Assembly: GCA_048213135.1 (NCBI GenBank)
Contig: PS015853.1
Coordinates: forward strand, 1-37,164
Direction: 5' to 3'
DNA length: 37,164 bases
Origin: Reclinomonas americana ATCC 50394
Lineage: Eukaryota
Shown in pieces: positions 33,465 to 37,164 of this stretch (the stretch's first letter is position 1; the number at the start of each line of letters is the position of its first letter). Under the pieces are notes generated by a model that saw only the letters and a list, made by a program, of their open reading frames with translations, was not told the origin of the DNA and made no database searches. The position numbers and the translations under genes are program-made.

Positions 33465-36400
33465 TCACCACACCTGCACGCCACAGTCAGTACATCGCCA
33501 AAACACATACCGGCAGACTGACGACGCAACTCCCATGGCCACCAACAAATCCGTGGAGATGAAATCGAACTCGAAGCACACACTGAAGAAGGCAAGCGTG
33601 ACAGCCTTCAGCGGCTCGTTGATCACTGCACAGGCGGAGTCAGCAATCAAGGTGACGACACGAACACAGCAAGACCCACTCACATGCATCCTCCACCACA
33701 CTGTGCGGCAGAACGAGAGTGAAGACACACAAACGTGAGTCAAACACGTCAGTGAGGACATGAAAAACGAAGAGAATGAACTCACCCCCATGCAGTCTGT
33801 CGGTAAACCTGTGTGACATCACCGAGTGAGTGGCAAAGAAACCGCACCAGCCAGCACAAGGCACGTGCACGCAACAGATCCCTGAACCTCGTTCAGCACC
33901 AGTTGCCCGGCGGTGATAAGTGCCATGTAGGCAAAGAAGAGTGCCAGAAGGATGCACAACAGGTAGTTCCTGCAAGTTTGAAGGAAGCGGTGGTGAGAAG
34001 CGTGAAGGTGTTCGATGAAAAAGAAAGCAAAACACACCAGTACACCAAGTAGTACGGGATATTGCTGGTCTTGAAGCGCAGCTTGACACGCTGCCACCAG
34101 CTCAGTGTCCTCTGCATGTCGAGTTCCTCGCGAATTGTGCGTTCGCGGTATCGTTGCAAAAGTGTGTCGGTGGTGGCACTATAGTGGAGGGAAAGGAATG
34201 AGCAAAGAAGAGAGTGATTGACCGAGAGAGAAGAGCGGGAAGGCATCGATTGCGGTGAGGAAGCATTGGCAGTGAGAGCGCCGAGCCGGTCTCCTTGTTC
34301 TCCTCACATAACCGTTCCTCTTCATGTATCTCTATGGTCTGCTCCTCCATTCTCTTTGCCCTCCTTGATGCGTTCATCGTCTTCTACTCTCATCCTCTGC
34401 CTCTTCGTGCTTTTCGTTCCACAAATTCGTATTTTTGTTCAACCTCTCTTTTCTCTACTTCCGTCTCTTTCTGTTCGATTCTATCCTTCGTCCGCCTCTC
34501 GTTGTTCTACTCCTCCAGCTCCTCTGCAGCTTCATTGACATCCCGCTCCACTTTGGCTTCTCCCAACGGCCCTACTCCTTTTATCACCTTCCTCAAACGG
34601 CCATACTCCTGTCATCGCATTCTCCCTTCGTCGCCTTCTCCCCTCATCCTCTTCTACTTCGTCCCTTCTCCCTTCGTCCCTTCTCCCTTCGTCCCCTTCA
34701 ATCACGTTCCCCTTCTCCCAGATTCAACTGCCCCCACCCCAGCATCTCCCTTTATCCTCTTCTCCCGCCCTGCCCGTCTCCCTCCATCCCCTTCCCTACA
34801 CGCAACTGCCTCCAATGTTTCCGATCCGTGGTCGGTGCATCGCCGACCAGATCGACAAATGCCACCTTCAAATCACGGTTCCCCTCCTGCGCCATACATC
34901 AGCATTAGCGTGATGCAAGTACCCTCCTGGCCCTCAAGCCAGTCGATGAAAGACGCAACCATGGACGGCACTGGCGCCACTTGCGTCGATCCGTCGCCCC
35001 CTTGCACATTCGGAGCCTGCAGATCGGCATTCACAGCCAGCTGCGCAATCGAGAGGCACAGGAAGGACAAGTCAGCAGATAAATCCTCAGATGCGCATCG
35101 CCATTCCACGCACCATGGACGACTTGGTGGCGAGATTCGGAGACGGCGGTGCCGTACTCCTCGTTGCCTCCAACACCGCAATGTCAATGTTGGTGCGTGA
35201 CGACTGCATTGCACAATTCAGTGGGCGAGTGATCATCGCGATAATACAAAACCGTCGTTCGGCATTCGCTCACCGCCGACGCATGACTCGGTCGCGAGCC
35301 ATCGGAGCCGTGAGACAGCCGTTCGGCCGTGGAGCTCTGCTCGGATACGGTAAGCGAAGGAATAACAACACTGGAATCATGTGGCAACGACCGACGTACC
35401 GACTGTCCTGTACTCTCCAGCGTGGCGTCGGCGTCGATCATTTCCTGCAGTTGGGTGAACCAGTGAATGAGTGAAATCGACTCTTTGTCGACTGCTCGCC
35501 GCACCGTCTCTCTCTCTCACACACACACATACGCTCAAGCTCTCTGTAAATCAACTCTCTTACTCGCATGCTCACTACCATTTCTAACCCTCTCACGATT
35601 GTCTGTCACTTTCTCACTCTCTGTCACTCCTTCCCTCTCACGCGCTCTCCTCCATTTTCTCAACCTCTCGCACGCTCTCCGCCACGTTCTCACTCTCTCA
35701 CACGCTCTCTCACAGTTCTTCTCTTCTTTCACATTCTGTTACTCTCTCTCCGACTCCCTCCCATCATCACCTTCTCCCTTCTCACTCTCCTTCCTCTCTT
35801 TCTCCTTTTTCCTATCCCTTCCCTTTTCTCTCTTGCACACTCTCCCGTCCCCTTCTTTTCTTCTCTCACTCCCTCTCTCTCTCTCTCTCCCGCGCCTCTC
35901 TCTCCTTCTCCCTCTCTCCCACTCCCTTCCTCTTCCTCTTCCTCTTCCTCTTCCCCTCTTCCCCTTCCCATCCCCATCCCCATCCCCATTCCATCCCCTT
36001 CCCCCTTCCCCTTCTCCTTCCCCTTCTCCCTCCCCTATTTCCTCCCCTTCCCCTTTCCTCCCGTTCTCCCCCCACTCACCCTAAACATGGCCCGCCCATC
36101 ACCCGCCGTCTGCGGACGGAAACTCGCCGACGTTGGTCGTGAGCGCACCACAGACGAAGGACGCGCTCCTTGCATGGCCAGCGCCGAAGCCACGGCCGCC
36201 GTAGCCATGACGTGATCCACGGGCATCTGACCCGCCTCCTGATGCTCAATGTACCGATCGACGATGCGATCGCCTTCGGCGTCACCCTCGTCCTCGTCCA
36301 CGCCCAGCCCCAAATCGTGACTGCTCTGATGTGCCGCCGTGATGGCCGCCGTGGCGTGAATCACTTGGAACATGCTCTTCACATCGTGTTCCATGGTTCG

Positions 36401-36662
36401 AGCCTCAATAATGGCACGTGTCAGCTCGCCCTTCTCGAAAGCAGTGTCCAGCAGCGGTACACGCGGTGTGCGTCGAAAAACTTGCGACAGGAATCTGCGC
36501 AACGGGGATGAGCGGATGGAGAAGAGATACACACGCGAGAGTCGAACGCACATGGCGACTGGAAGGATTGTGAAGCCGGTGATTCCACCAATCCACACGT
36601 CGCGCAGAAACGAGGTCACCACACTGGCGTCCTTTTGGTCGGCCAGCAGTGCGTTGATGTAG
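33465..36662 (-). CDS. Polycystin-1 (PKD1)-like membrane protein, 3' part (5' end lies right of the window). Exons 36662-36552, 36494-36080, 35444-35400, 35336-35274, 35203-35114, 35040-34960, 34886-34807, 34178-34038, 33969-33876, 33808-33786, 33700-33684, 33625-33531, 33473-33465
   Basis: Phase-consistent model. DVWIGGITGFTILPVAIFLSQVFRRT resembles PKD1 TM3 (GLVSSVVVYPV...LFR). IPYYLVYWNYLLCILLALFFAYMALITAG...LINEPLKAVTLAFF resembles PKD1 TM4-5 (LPxW...EPLKV). Confidence 0.68.
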
Positions 36663-37008
36663 CTGTGGGGGAAGGAGAGGAGATGTGAATACGACAGCAG
36701 AAAGGGGAATATAATCCAACAAGAGTCGGCAAGAAAGACAGTGGAAGAAATCGAGTGCGGTGCACAAAGACGTGAAAAGCGATCTAACGCGATAGGAGTC
36801 AGATGGACAGCGATGAGATTAACTGCAAGAACTGCAAAACGCAGTGCTGTGCAACACACATGCAGCAAATGGTACACCACAAAAAAGAAGTGCATGAAAC
36901 GCCTGGCAGACCATGCGACCAGACTCAGAGACAATGTGTCTATCGACCAACGCAACATGAGCAACATGGTGGCCGGCAAGAGTACAGTCAGCTTCTGACT
37001 GCAAATTG

Positions 37009-37164
<156 letters not shown>

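Noticed and set aside
33273-33473. Fusion of the PKD1-like gene with the STAND-TPR gene
   Set aside because: An in-frame stop at 33465 and an AT-rich spacer favour two genes, though cDNA is needed to exclude read-through splicing.

Overview
Eukaryotic genomic DNA from an intron-rich, microsatellite-rich genome, probably a unicellular protist (lineage not determinable here). It has two N-gaps and TACG noise typical of pyrosequencing assemblies. Manual splicing gives seven phase-consistent gene models: roadblock/LC7 dynein light chain (-, partial), a Gap1/Sar1-type RasGAP (+, 15 exons), an SLX4-like scaffold carrying a SAM domain (+, 9 exons), two hypothetical proteins, a ~1480-aa degenerate STAND(NB-ARC-like)-TPR protein (-, 21 exons including a symmetric microexon cassette), and the 3' part of a polycystin-1-like membrane protein (-). 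A foreign 3-exon TFIIB/cyclin-fold-like fragment sits inside a RasGAP intron, either as a nested gene or a misassembly. The most striking signal is that about 14 of 69 modelled introns use the donor GTTGCG(T), the local consensus GTGCGT shifted by one nucleotide, mostly without G at -1. All models come from hand translation and remembered family motifs; no searches were run.
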